DNA of 32,000 nucleotides, taken from contig NC_015067.1 in assembly GCF_000196555.1 (NCBI RefSeq), positions 1,980,001 through 2,012,000 of the forward strand, in the 5' to 3' direction. Positions 9,206-17,942 of the stretch are shown one piece after another. The DNA is from Bifidobacterium longum subsp. longum JCM 1217. GTDB lineage: Bacteria; Actinomycetota; Actinomycetes; Actinomycetales; Bifidobacteriaceae. The position numbers and the translations under genes are program-made. Below the pieces are notes generated by a model, which saw only the letters and a list, made by a program, of their open reading frames with translations, did no database searches and was not told where the DNA came from. Each line of letters opens with the position of its first letter. Position 1 is the first letter of the stretch.

Positions 9206-10009
9206 TCACTCCTTCGTTTCTGCAGCCGGAGCGGCCTCGGCGGGAGCCTCAGCCTTGGGGGCTTCGGCGGCCTGCGGGGCGGCGGAACGGTTGCCACGGC
9301 GCGGGCGGCGATCGCCACCACGACGGCCCGGACGGTTGTTCTGCTGAGCCTGCTGCTCTTCGAACTCGGATTCGGTCATGTCGCCCTTGTAGATCCAGAC
9401 CTTGACGCCGATACGGCCGTACGTGGTCTTGGCCTCGAAGAAGCCGTAATCGATGAGGGCGCGGAGGGTCTGCAGCGGAACGCGGCCCTCACGGTAGAAC
9501 TCGGAACGGCTCATTTCCGCACCGCCGAGGCGGCCGGAGAGCTTGATGCGGATACCCTTGGCACCGGCGCGCATGGCGTCCTGCTGGGCCTTACGCATGG
9601 CACGACGGAAGGTGACGCGGTTGGTCAGCTGCTCAGCGATGCCCTGAGCGACGAGCTGGGCGTCCAGCGCGGCGTTCTTGACTTCGAAGATGTTGAGCTG
9701 GACCTGCTTGCCGGTCAGCTTCTCGAGCTTGGCGCGGACGCGCTCAGCCTCGGCGCCACGACGACCGATCACGATGCCCGGACGGGCGGTGTGAATGTCG
9801 ACGCGAACGCGGTCGCGGGTGCGCTCGATGACGATGCGGGACACGCCAGCGCGCTCGAGGTCCTTGCTCATCTCCTTGCGGATCTGATCATCCTCAAGCA
9901 CGAAGTCGCGGTAGCGTTCGCCGGCCTTGTTGGAGTCGGAGAACCACTTGGAGCGGTGGTTCTCAGTGATGCCCAGACGGTAGCCAAACGGATTGATCTT
10001 CTGACCCAT
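9206..10009 (-). CDS. rpsC: 30S ribosomal protein S3
   Basis: 267-aa [26 protein letters not shown] with an Arg/Ala/Pro-rich actinobacterial-type C-terminal tail. Confidence 0.98.
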   Translation of the reverse strand: MGQKINPFGYRLGITENHRSKWFSDSNKAGERYRDFVLEDDQIRKEMSKDLERAGVSRIVIERTRDRVRVDIHTARPGIVIGRRGAEAERVRAKLEKLTGKQVQLNIFEVKNAALDAQLVAQGIAEQLTNRVTFRRAMRKAQQDAMRAGAKGIRIKLSGRLGGAEMSRSEFYREGRVPLQTLRALIDYGFFEAKTTYGRIGVKVWIYKGDMTESEFEEQQAQQNNRPGRRGGDRRPRRGNRSAAPQAAEAPKAEAPAEAAPAAETKE

Positions 10010-10011
10010 CT

Positions 10012-10371
10012 TTAGCGGGCTCCTTCCTTGTTAGCCACGACGACCGTGATGTGGGAGGTGCGCTTGTTGATGCGAGCAGCGCGGCCCTGGGCACGAGCGC
10101 GGAAGCGCTTGAGGGTCACACCTTCGTCAACGTAGGTCTCCTTGATGTACAGGTCGTTCTCGCGGAACGGCTCGCCGGCCTTGTCGGCCTTCACACGAGC
10201 GTTGGCGATGGCGCTCTCCAGGGTCTTGCGGACCGGCAGGGCCGCAGCCTGAGGGGCGAACTTCAAAATGGTGACGGCTTCGGTCGCCTTCTTGCCGCGG
10301 ATGAGGTCGACCATGCGGCGAGCCTTGCGCGGCGTCACGCGGACGTGACGAGCGATTGCTTTAGCTTCCAT
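10012..10371 (-). CDS. rplV: 50S ribosomal protein L22
   Basis: 119-aa [30 protein letters not shown], typical L22. Confidence 0.97.
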   Translation of the reverse strand: MEAKAIARHVRVTPRKARRMVDLIRGKKATEAVTILKFAPQAAALPVRKTLESAIANARVKADKAGEPFRENDLYIKETYVDEGVTLKRFRARAQGRAARINKRTSHITVVVANKEGAR

Positions 10372-10387
10372 GTTCTATTCCTTATCC

Positions 10388-10666
10388 TTAGCGACGGGCC
10401 TTCTTGTCGTCCTTCACGTGACCCTTGAAGGTCTTCGTGGGGGCGAACTCACCCAGCTTGTGACCAACCATGGCCTCGGTGACGAACACCGGGACATGCT
10501 TGCGACCATCATGAACGGCGAAGGTGTGTCCGATGAAATCAGGGGTGATCATCGAACGACGGGACCACGTCTTGATGACGTTCTTGGTGCCCTTCTCGTT
10601 CTGCTCGTCGACTTTCTTCTGCAAGTGGGCGTCGACGAAGGGGCCCTTCTTGATGCTACGAGTCAT
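10388..10666 (-). CDS. rpsS: 30S ribosomal protein S19
   Basis: 92-aa [22 protein letters not shown] with [27 protein letters not shown]. Confidence 0.98.
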   Translation of the reverse strand: MTRSIKKGPFVDAHLQKKVDEQNEKGTKNVIKTWSRRSMITPDFIGHTFAVHDGRKHVPVFVTEAMVGHKLGEFAPTKTFKGHVKDDKKARR

Positions 10667-10681
10667 CTTCTCGATACTCCC

Positions 10682-11512
10682 TTACTTGCGGTTCTTGCCG
10701 GACGGACGGCGACGAACAATCATCTTGTTCGAAGCCTTCTTCGGACGACGAGTACGCACCTCGCCCTTGCCCCACGGGGAGACCGGCGGCTTACCACCGC
10801 GGGTACGACCGCCGTGCGGGTGGTCGACCGGGTTCATGGACTCACCACGGGTGATCGGACGGCGGCCGATCCAGCGGGCGCGGCCAGCCTTGCCGAGCTG
10901 AATGTTGGCGTGGTCCTCGTTGCCGACCTCGCCGACGGTAGCGCGGCAGCGCGCGTCGACGTTGCGGATTTCGCCGGACGGCATACGCAGCTGAGCGTAG
11001 GCGCCATCCTTGGCGACGAGCTGAACGGCAGCACCAGCGGAACGAGCGATCTTAGCGCCGCCCAGCGGGCGGAGCTCGATGGCATGAACCACGGTACCGG
11101 TCGGGATGTTCTTCAGCGGCAGGTTGTTGCCCGGCTTGATATCAGCCTGAGCACCGGTCTCGATGACGTCGCCCTGCTTGATGCCCTTCGGCGCGATGAT
11201 GTAGCGCTTCTCGCCATCTGCGAAGTGCAGGAGGGCGATACGGGCGGAGCGGTTCGGATCGTACTCGATCTCGGCAACCTTGGCGGGCACGCCGTCCTTG
11301 TCCCAACGCTTGAAATCGATGAGACGGTACTGACGCTTGTGGCCGCCGCCGCGATGACGGGAGGTGATACGGCCGTAAGAGTTACGACCGCCGGTCTTGG
11401 ACTTCTTGCGAACCAGCGACTTCTCAGGCGTAGAACGAGTCAGCTCGGAGAAATCCGAGACGGACGCGTTGCGGCGGCCTGCGGTCGTCGGCTTATAAAC
11501 GCGGATAGCCAT
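10682..11512 (-). CDS. rplB: 50S ribosomal protein L2
   Basis: 276-aa [20 protein letters not shown] with [15 protein letters not shown]. Confidence 0.98.
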
Positions 11513-11548
11513 AATGTAGTTCTTCCTTTAACTTTTCTCGGCTAACCT

Positions 11549-11845
11549 TCAGTTACCAAAGATGTCGATCGTCTGGCCCTCGGCGACGGTCACGATCGCA
11601 CGCTTCTGGGAAGCGCGCTGGCCGAAACCGGTGCGAGTGCGCTGCTTCTTGCCAGCGCGGTTGAGGGTGTTGACGTTCGTCACCTTGACCTTGAAGATCT
11701 CTTCGATTGCCTGCTTGATCTGCACCTTGTTCGCATCCGGAGCCACCACGAAGGTGTACTGGCCACGGTCGGAAGCGGCGTAGCTCTTCTCGGAGACGAC
11801 GGGCTTAAGAATCACGTCGTGAGCGGGCTTGTGAATAGCGACCAT
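11549..11845 (-). CDS. rplW: 50S ribosomal protein L23
   Basis: 98-aa ORF with KPVVSEKSY and [21 protein letters not shown], typical L23. Confidence 0.96.
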   Translation of the reverse strand: MVAIHKPAHDVILKPVVSEKSYAASDRGQYTFVVAPDANKVQIKQAIEEIFKVKVTNVNTLNRAGKKQRTRTGFGQRASQKRAIVTVAEGQTIDIFGN

Positions 11846-11850
11846 CTAAA

Positions 11851-12507
11851 TCAGGCCTCCTTCGGCTCGGTCTTGGCAGCCACGAAAGCCTCGAAGGCTT
11901 CCTTGGTGAAGACCACGTACTGCGAGGTAATCACGTCGTACGTGTTGAGCTGATCGACGAAAATCGGGTGAACGGTCGGGATGTTGCGCACGGAGAGCCA
12001 CTCGTTGATGTTGTCGCGAGTGAAGACGACCGTGGTGAACTTGTCCGCGGTAATCGGGGCCAGAGCGGCGACAGCGGCCTTGGTGGACGGCTCGGTGATA
12101 CCGAACTCCACCACGGCAACGCGACCGGCGTTGGCGCGATCGGACAGGGCGTAGCGCAGAGCTGCGGCCTTCATCTTCTTGGGGGTGCGCTGAGAGTAGT
12201 CACGCGGCTGCGGGCCGAACACGGTGCCGCCGTGGTACCACTGCGGTGCACGGATGGAGCCCTGACGAGCACGACCGGTGCCCTTCTGCTTCCACGGCTT
12301 CTTGCCGCCGCCGGAAACCATGCCACGAGTCTTGGTGGCGTGGGTGCCCTGACGAGCAGCAGCGAGCTGAGCGGTGACAACCTGGTGGATCAGCGGGATG
12401 TGAGCCTGGACATCCTCGGCGGAAACGCCGAAGAGAGCCTCAGGAGCTTCAACGGTGCCGGTGGCCTGGCCCTTGGCGTCGGTGACGTTCAGAGTAACGT
12501 TTGCCAT
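11851..12507 (-). CDS. rplD: 50S ribosomal protein L4
   Basis: 218-aa ORF with [33 protein letters not shown], typical L4. Confidence 0.97.
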   Translation of the reverse strand: MANVTLNVTDAKGQATGTVEAPEALFGVSAEDVQAHIPLIHQVVTAQLAAARQGTHATKTRGMVSGGGKKPWKQKGTGRARQGSIRAPQWYHGGTVFGPQPRDYSQRTPKKMKAAALRYALSDRANAGRVAVVEFGITEPSTKAAVAALAPITADKFTTVVFTRDNINEWLSVRNIPTVHPIFVDQLNTYDVITSQYVVFTKEAFEAFVAAKTEPKEA

Positions 12508-12513
12508 GGTTTA

Positions 12514-13155
12514 TCAGGCTCCCTTCACAGCCGAGCGGACGAGAACGATGCCGCCCTTGGGGCCAGGAATGGCGCCCTTGATGGCGAGGATGCCGTTCTC
12601 GACATCAGCGGAGACGACGGTCAGGTTCTGGGTAGTGGCGGTCACATGACCCATGCGGCCGGCCATACGCTTGCCCTTGAGAATACGGCTCGGAGTGGCG
12701 CATGCGCCCACAGAACCGGGACGGCGCTCGTTCTTGTGAGAACCGTGAGTACGGCGGTAGGACTTGAAGCCCCAACGCTTGATGGTACCGGCGAAGCCCT
12801 TACCCTTGGTGGTGCCGGTCACGTCGACCTCAGCACCCTCTTCGAACAGGTCAGCGGCCAGTTCCTGGCCGGCCTCGAACTGATCGACGTCGTCGGTGCG
12901 CACCTCGACGAGGTGGCGACGCGGGGTGACACCGGCCTTGGCAAAGTGGCCAGCCAGCGGCTTGGTCACCTTGGTGGGATCGATGGCGCCGTAGCCGAGC
13001 TGGACAGCCTTGTAGCCGTCAGATTCCTCGGTCTTCACGGCGGTCACCACGTTGGTGGACACGTCGACAAGAGTGACGGGCACGAAGAAGCCGTTCTCGT
13101 CCCACACCTGGGACATGCCGAGCTTCTTGCCCAGCAGAGCCTTGCGATTAGACAT
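12514..13155 (-). CDS. rplC: 50S ribosomal protein L3
   Basis: 213-aa ORF with [16 protein letters not shown] and [13 protein letters not shown], typical L3. Confidence 0.97.
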   Translation of the reverse strand: MSNRKALLGKKLGMSQVWDENGFFVPVTLVDVSTNVVTAVKTEESDGYKAVQLGYGAIDPTKVTKPLAGHFAKAGVTPRRHLVEVRTDDVDQFEAGQELAADLFEEGAEVDVTGTTKGKGFAGTIKRWGFKSYRRTHGSHKNERRPGSVGACATPSRILKGKRMAGRMGHVTATTQNLTVVSADVENGILAIKGAIPGPKGGIVLVRSAVKGA

Positions 13156-13171
13156 AATGCTTCCTCCTCCC

Positions 13172-13480
13172 TTACAGCTTGATTTCGATGTTGACGTCCG
13201 CAGGCAGATCGATGTGCATCAGGGAGTCCACGGCCTTGGGGGTCGGGTCCACGATGTCGATGAGGCGCTTGTGAGTGCGCATCTCGAAGTGCTCGCGAGA
13301 ATCCTTGTACTTGTGAGGAGAACGGATAACACAGAAGACGTTCTTCTCGGTCGGCAGCGGAACGGGGCCAACAACAGTTGCGCCCGCGTTCGTCACCGTT
13401 TCGACGATCTTCTTCGCCGATTGGTCGATGACCTCGTGGTCATAGGACTTAAGCCTGATGCGGATTTTCTGTCCCGCCAT
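13172..13480 (-). CDS. rpsJ: 30S ribosomal protein S10
   Basis: 102-aa [32 protein letters not shown]. It is the first gene of the S10 operon. Confidence 0.98.
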   Translation of the reverse strand: MAGQKIRIRLKSYDHEVIDQSAKKIVETVTNAGATVVGPVPLPTEKNVFCVIRSPHKYKDSREHFEMRTHKRLIDIVDPTPKAVDSLMHIDLPADVNIEIKL

Positions 13481-13654
13481 TGCCGTCCGCCCTTTCTAGC
13501 GATGTTCGTTGTACTGTTTACCAACCTGCTTCTAGGGCACCGGCGCGCATGGCCTCCCTTGGACATACGTCCTCTGGCGGTCATCCGACATCAGTGCGCG
13601 GTTTCCGGCTGTCACTTCACTTGAAGTGGCTCCCGGCCCGCGCTCGCTTTTTTA

Positions 13655-13683
13655 ATTCCAATTTGCGAGCCCAAATCAGGCAA
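13655..13683 (-). promoter_or_regulatory. candidate S10-operon promoter
   Basis: Minus strand reads TTGCCT-17 nt-TGGAAT, about 170 nt upstream of the rpsJ ATG. This rests on the hexamers only. Confidence 0.3.
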
Positions 13684-13838
13684 CTTGTTTATTCAAGCAT
13701 TGAGGTGGGACAGTGGAGTTCGCGCGTGTCGCGCTCATGCCGTTCGTATTACCTCGCGGCATAGCCGCTCGGCGTCTGTTCGATTGTCGCAATGCAGGTC
13801 TCACATCTTTCTTATTGAGAACCATTCGCTGCGATATC

Positions 13839-14744
13839 ATGACAGATATGACTTCCCGCCGCAAGACTCTTAAACGCGATTGGTTCGACAACCAACCTGG
13901 CGCATGGGTAATGGTTATGCTGCCCGTTGTGGCTGGCTTCTTTATCGGCGGGCCTAATCTTGATACGCTTTGGCTATTGGCGACGTGGGCCGTGTGCTAT
14001 TGCGTGCAGTTCAGCGCCGCGCACTGGTTCAAAGCACACTTTTCACGCCGTTATCTGCCGCCGATGCTCACTTATGCCGTAGCGCTCATCGTCATCGGCT
14101 TGCCATTCCTGATTACGCATACCGGCATACTGCGTTGGGCTCCCTTATATATAGTGCTGGTTGCGCTGTCGATGCTGTCCTCGTGGCTGAGGAAGGAGCG
14201 CTCGCTGTGGGGCAATGCCGTGTCGGTGATTGCCGCGTCGGCCATGGCCACGGTGATCGCGTCGTTTGGCAGCACTGTTGAGACGGCATGTGTTATGCCC
14301 ATCAACGCAGCACATGCCTCGTGCGCAGCCGCTGATGTCACCGCCGCACGCGCCGCGATTCGGAATATGCCAGATTTGAGCCAGATATTCGACCTTCACG
14401 CCTGGTGGCCCGCGGGTTCATTGCCCGTGAGCGGGCTGATTGCCACCGTGCTGTTTGCGCTGACGCAGTATGGGTCGGTTTTAGTGGTCAAAACCATGAT
14501 CCGGGAACGCGGGAAGCGTTCGTACGTGGCGGCTTCGTGGGTATGGCATGTGGCGCTATTGCTGCTAGCCGCCGTGCCGGCTGGACGCAGCCCGTATCTG
14601 ATTGCGATGACTGTGCTGCTGTTGGCCCGCGCCGTTGCGTTGCCGGTGGTTACACGGCGCACAACCTTGAAGCCCGTGGTGACCGGCATTACCGAGGCGT
14701 TTGCCAGCTTTATTGCTTTTGGCTGCATAATTGCGGCGATTTAG
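13839..14744 (+). CDS. polytopic membrane protein, probably YwiC-like family
   Basis: The ORF is hydrophobic throughout, with about 8 predicted TM stretches. The N-terminal FDNQPGAWVMVMLPVVAGFFIGGP resembles the (K)QHGAW..M..P...G signature I associate with YwiC-like proteins. I chose the ATG at 13839 (301 aa) over the track start at 13713, whose first 42 codons are non-hydrophobic promoter-like sequence. The family call is from memory. Confidence 0.6.
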   Translation: MTDMTSRRKTLKRDWFDNQPGAWVMVMLPVVAGFFIGGPNLDTLWLLATWAVCYCVQFSAAHWFKAHFSRRYLPPMLTYAVALIVIGLPFLITHTGILRWAPLYIVLVALSMLSSWLRKERSLWGNAVSVIAASAMATVIASFGSTVETACVMPINAAHASCAAADVTAARAAIRNMPDLSQIFDLHAWWPAGSLPVSGLIATVLFALTQYGSVLVVKTMIRERGKRSYVAASWVWHVALLLLAAVPAGRSPYLIAMTVLLLARAVALPVVTRRTTLKPVVTGITEAFASFIAFGCIIAAI

Positions 14745-14760
14745 CGACGCTTCAGCGATT

Positions 14761-14927
14761 CCATGGGGAGGTAATTACCTCATGGGGCGGTAATTGGCCC
14801 ATGGGGCGGACGGTAAAATTTTACCTTCCGCAGAATAGAGCCGTTTTCGTACACCGCCCCATGGGGGTTTTCACCGCCCCATGGGCAAGTTACCGCCCCA
14901 TGAGTGGGTTACCACCCCATGGAGGTG
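14761..14927. repeat. composite inverted repeat built from 7 phased copies of TTACCGCCCCATG / CATGGGGCGGTAA
   Basis: Forward units start at 14762, 14781 and 14800. Reverse units start at 14853 (degenerate), 14871, 14890 and 14909. The period is 19-20 bp and the arm pairs share a symmetry centre near 14841.5. An internal 24-nt near-palindrome lies at 14807-14830. Confidence 0.9.
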
Positions 14928-14961
14928 TACCTGCTGGCTGAGGGAGCACCACATATGCAAA

Positions 14962-14993
14962 GGAGCCCGGCCCCTGTAATGGGGTCGGGCTCC
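14962..14993. terminator. GC-rich hairpin in the convergent YwiC-like/adhE intergenic region
   Basis: GGAGCCCGGCCCC-TGTAAT-GGGGTCGGGCTCC, a 13-bp stem with one G-U. TT(G)T-type flanks are present on both strands. It lies distal to two smaller adhE-proximal hairpins at 15032-15061 and 15007-15024. Confidence 0.6.
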
Positions 14994-15031
14994 TTGTGTC
15001 GCGCTATGCAGCCACTAAGCTGCAACACCGC

Positions 15032-15061
15032 GGTTGGTGGCTACTGATGGTGCCACCAACC
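15032..15061 (-). other. stem-loop immediately downstream of the adhE stop
   Basis: GGTTGGTGGC-N10-GCCACCAACC, a 10-bp perfect stem 15 nt after the adhE stop. No U-tract follows. Confidence 0.5.
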
Positions 15062-15076
15062 ACAAACCGCCTGCAA

Positions 15077-17806
15077 TCAACGCTCGGAGGCTTCCTCAGT
15101 GGCGGCCTCACCCTCGCGCTCGATGCGCAGCTTGTGGCCTTCCGCCTGGGAGACACCGTAGTAAGCACCGACGGCGATGTCCTTCATGTCGTTGATCAGC
15201 GGGATGCGCGGGTTGGCCGGGGTACACTGGTCCTCGTAGGCGCGCATGCCGATCTGATCGAGCACGGACCAGAAGTAGTCCTCGTCCACACCGCAATCCT
15301 GGAAGCTCTTGTTCATGCCGAGCTTGTTGTCACGGTAGTCCTCGACGGCCTTCGCCAGGTTCTCCACGGCTTCGGCCGGGGTCTTGCCGGTGTCGATGCC
15401 GAGGTTGCGGGCGATGTCCTGGTAGCGCTCCGGGGCGATGTACTTGTTGTACTTCGGCCAAGAGGTGGGCTCCTCAGGAATCTGGCCGTTGTAGCGAATC
15501 ACGTACGGCAGCAGGATGGAGTTGGTACGGCCGTGGGCGATGTGGCACAGGGCACCGATGGTGTGGGCCATGCCGTGGCACATGCCGAGGAACGCGGAGC
15601 CGAATGCCATGCCGGCCATGGTGGCGGCGTTGTGCATCTTCTCCTGAGCGTTGGTCTTGGCCAGGCCGGGCTCGCCATTGACGGACTCAGCCAGGTTGTC
15701 CCAGATGAGCTTGGCCGCGTGCAGGGCCATGCCGTCGGTGAAGTCGTTCGCGTACACGGACACGTAGGCTTCCATCGAGTGGGTCAGGGCGTCGAAGCCG
15801 GCGTCGGAGGCCAGCTTGCGCGGCTGGGTGCGAGCCAGCACCGGGTCCACGATGGCCACGGACGGGGTCAGCGCGTAGTCGGTGATCGGGTACTTGTAGC
15901 CGGTCTTGTGATCGGTGATCACGGCGAACGGGGTGACCTCGGAACCGGTGCCGGAGGAGGTCGGGATGCACACCAGCTTGGCCTTCTTGCCCAGCGGCGG
16001 GATCTTGAAGGCGCGCTTACGGATATCGAAGAACTTCTCGCGCACGTCGGAGAAGGCGATTTCCGGGTGCTCGTAGAGCAGCCACATAATCTTGGAGGCA
16101 TCCATCGGGGAGCCGCCGCCAACCGCGATGATCGTGTCCGGCTCGAACTCCTCGCGCATCATCTCAGCGCCCTTTTCGACGGTCTCGACGGAGGGCTCCG
16201 GCTCGACGTAGTCGATGATGCGGAAGGTCACACGGTTGGAGCGGGCGCGCAGCTGGTCGATGATCTTGTCAACAATGCCGAGCTGCTCCATGACCTTATC
16301 GCACACGATGACGGCCTTCTCGATGCCGTACATGTCGCGCAGGTACTTGATGGCGTTCGGCTCGAAGTAGGTCTTGGCCGGGATCTTGAACCACTGCATG
16401 TTGTTGTTCCTCCGAGCAATGCGCTTGATGTTAACGAGATTCACGGCCTGCACGTTGCCGGACACCGAGTTGCCGCCGTAGGAGCCGCAGCCCAGGGTCA
16501 GCGACGGGGCGATGGCGTTGTAGATGTCGCCGATGCCGCCAAGGGAGGAAGGCTGGTTCCAGATGATGCGGCAGGCGTGCATACGGACGCCGTACTCACG
16601 CACGAGCTCCTGGTTGTTGGTGTGGATGGCGGCGGTGTGGCCGGCACCCAGCTTGAGCATCTTCTCGCACATCTCGAAGGCCTGCTCCTTGTTGTCGGCC
16701 TTGAGCACGGCCTGCACCGGAGCGAGCTTCTCGTGGGTCAGAGGCTCGTCGTCGGAGACTTCCTTGCACTCGGCGGCCAGAATGGTGGCGTCGGACGGAA
16801 TCTCGAAGCCAGCAGCCTTGGCGATGAACTGCGGGGACTTGCCTGGCACCGCGGAGTTCAGCACGGGCTTGACGCCGGAACCGGCAGTGCAGCCGAACAT
16901 GTACTGTTCCAGCTTGGCCTTCTCTTCGGCGTTGACGAAGTAGGCCTTACGGACCTTGAGCTCCTTGATGAGCTGGTCGTAGACGTCCTTGTGGGCGATG
17001 ATGGCCTGCTCGGTGGCGCAGATCATGCCGTAATCGAAGTGCTTGGAGAGCACCAGATCGTTGGCGGCGCGCACGATGTCAACATCGGTGTCAACGTAGG
17101 CCGGGGCGTTGCCGGCACCCACGCCGAGGGCGGGCTTGCCGGAGGAGTAAGCGGCCTTGACCATGCCCGGACCACCGGTGGCGAGGATCGTGGCCACGCC
17201 CGGATGCTTCATCAGGGCGCCTGTGGCCTGGATGGACGGGTGCTCGATCCACTGGATACAGTTCTCGGGAGCACCGGCTTCGATGGCGGCGTCGCGCACA
17301 ATCTTGGCGGCCTCGACGGAGCACTTCTGCGCGCCGGGGTGGAAGCCGAAGACGATCGGGCAACGGGTCTTCAGGGCGATGAGGGACTTGAAGATGGCGG
17401 TGGAGGTCGGGTTGGTGACCGGGGTGACGCCGGCGACCACGCCGACGGGCTCGGCGACCTCATCGATGCCCATCACATCGTCTTCGCGGATGATGCCGAC
17501 GGTCTTCTGGCCGGCCAAGTAGTTGGTGACGTGCTCGCAGGCGAAGATGTTCTTGGTGGCCTTGTCTTCCACGAGACCACGGCCGGTCTCGTCGACAGCC
17601 ATCTTGGCGAGAACGAGGTGCTTGTTCAGAGCGGCGATGGAGGCCTTGGCGACGATACGATCAACTTGCTTCTGGTCGAGGTTCTCGAATTCGACGAGAG
17701 CCTTCTTGGCGCGGGCAACCAGCGCGTCAACTTCGGCCTCAGCTGCGGCCTGCTTCTCTTCTGGAGTCGGCTTGGTAGCTTCGACCTTCTTCTTTGCTTC
17801 TGCCAC
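15077..17806 (-). CDS. adhE: bifunctional acetaldehyde-CoA / alcohol dehydrogenase
   Basis: 909-aa ORF with an N-terminal aldehyde dehydrogenase domain and a C-terminal iron-type ADH domain (GGGSPMDASK, histidine-rich metal site near HGMAHTIGALCHIAHG). GTG start is preceded by GAGGAGGA. Confidence 0.96.
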   Translation of the reverse strand: MAEAKKKVEATKPTPEEKQAAAEAEVDALVARAKKALVEFENLDQKQVDRIVAKASIAALNKHLVLAKMAVDETGRGLVEDKATKNIFACEHVTNYLAGQKTVGIIREDDVMGIDEVAEPVGVVAGVTPVTNPTSTAIFKSLIALKTRCPIVFGFHPGAQKCSVEAAKIVRDAAIEAGAPENCIQWIEHPSIQATGALMKHPGVATILATGGPGMVKAAYSSGKPALGVGAGNAPAYVDTDVDIVRAANDLVLSKHFDYGMICATEQAIIAHKDVYDQLIKELKVRKAYFVNAEEKAKLEQYMFGCTAGSGVKPVLNSAVPGKSPQFIAKAAGFEIPSDATILAAECKEVSDDEPLTHEKLAPVQAVLKADNKEQAFEMCEKMLKLGAGHTAAIHTNNQELVREYGVRMHACRIIWNQPSSLGGIGDIYNAIAPSLTLGCGSYGGNSVSGNVQAVNLVNIKRIARRNNNMQWFKIPAKTYFEPNAIKYLRDMYGIEKAVIVCDKVMEQLGIVDKIIDQLRARSNRVTFRIIDYVEPEPSVETVEKGAEMMREEFEPDTIIAVGGGSPMDASKIMWLLYEHPEIAFSDVREKFFDIRKRAFKIPPLGKKAKLVCIPTSSGTGSEVTPFAVITDHKTGYKYPITDYALTPSVAIVDPVLARTQPRKLASDAGFDALTHSMEAYVSVYANDFTDGMALHAAKLIWDNLAESVNGEPGLAKTNAQEKMHNAATMAGMAFGSAFLGMCHGMAHTIGALCHIAHGRTNSILLPYVIRYNGQIPEEPTSWPKYNKYIAPERYQDIARNLGIDTGKTPAEAVENLAKAVEDYRDNKLGMNKSFQDCGVDEDYFWSVLDQIGMRAYEDQCTPANPRIPLINDMKDIAVGAYYGVSQAEGHKLRIEREGEAATEEASER

Positions 17807-17923
17807 TTGGGGTCCTCCTCGATCTTCTTGGGGTATATGGCAAAGTTCTGGGCCATCGCCTCGTCACCTCAGTTGCACCAGCGGGATACCGCCTCAGTAA
17901 CCGAAAATGACCGGTGATGCGTT

Positions 17924-17942
17924 GTCACATTGCATATGTGAC
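17924..17942. promoter_or_regulatory. inverted repeat GTCACAT-N5-ATGTGAC upstream of adhE
   Basis: Perfect 7-bp arms, 118-136 nt upstream of the adhE GTG. On the adhE strand it sits just downstream of a TATATT hexamer (plus 17952-17957). Confidence 0.45.

Noticed and set aside
6846-13182. Plus-strand ORFs of 442, 348, 391 and 404 aa (6846-8174, 8969-10015, 10370-11545, 11968-13182).
   Set aside because: All are antisense to contiguous, highly conserved r-protein genes and span several gene boundaries. This is a high-GC artefact.
14761-14927. The periodic 19-20-bp repeat array considered as a CRISPR array.
   Set aside because: The units are only ~13 nt with ~6-nt spacers, and the array switches orientation half-way (3 forward, 4 reverse). 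There are no cas genes. It does not fit CRISPR architecture.
14996-17917. 973-aa plus-strand ORF, the longest ORF in the window.
   Set aside because: It lies exactly antisense to adhE. Its translation is low-complexity (Gly/Val/Asp/Leu/His-rich) with no recognisable motif. Long stop-free antisense frames are expected in high-GC coding DNA, while adhE on the other strand is unambiguous.
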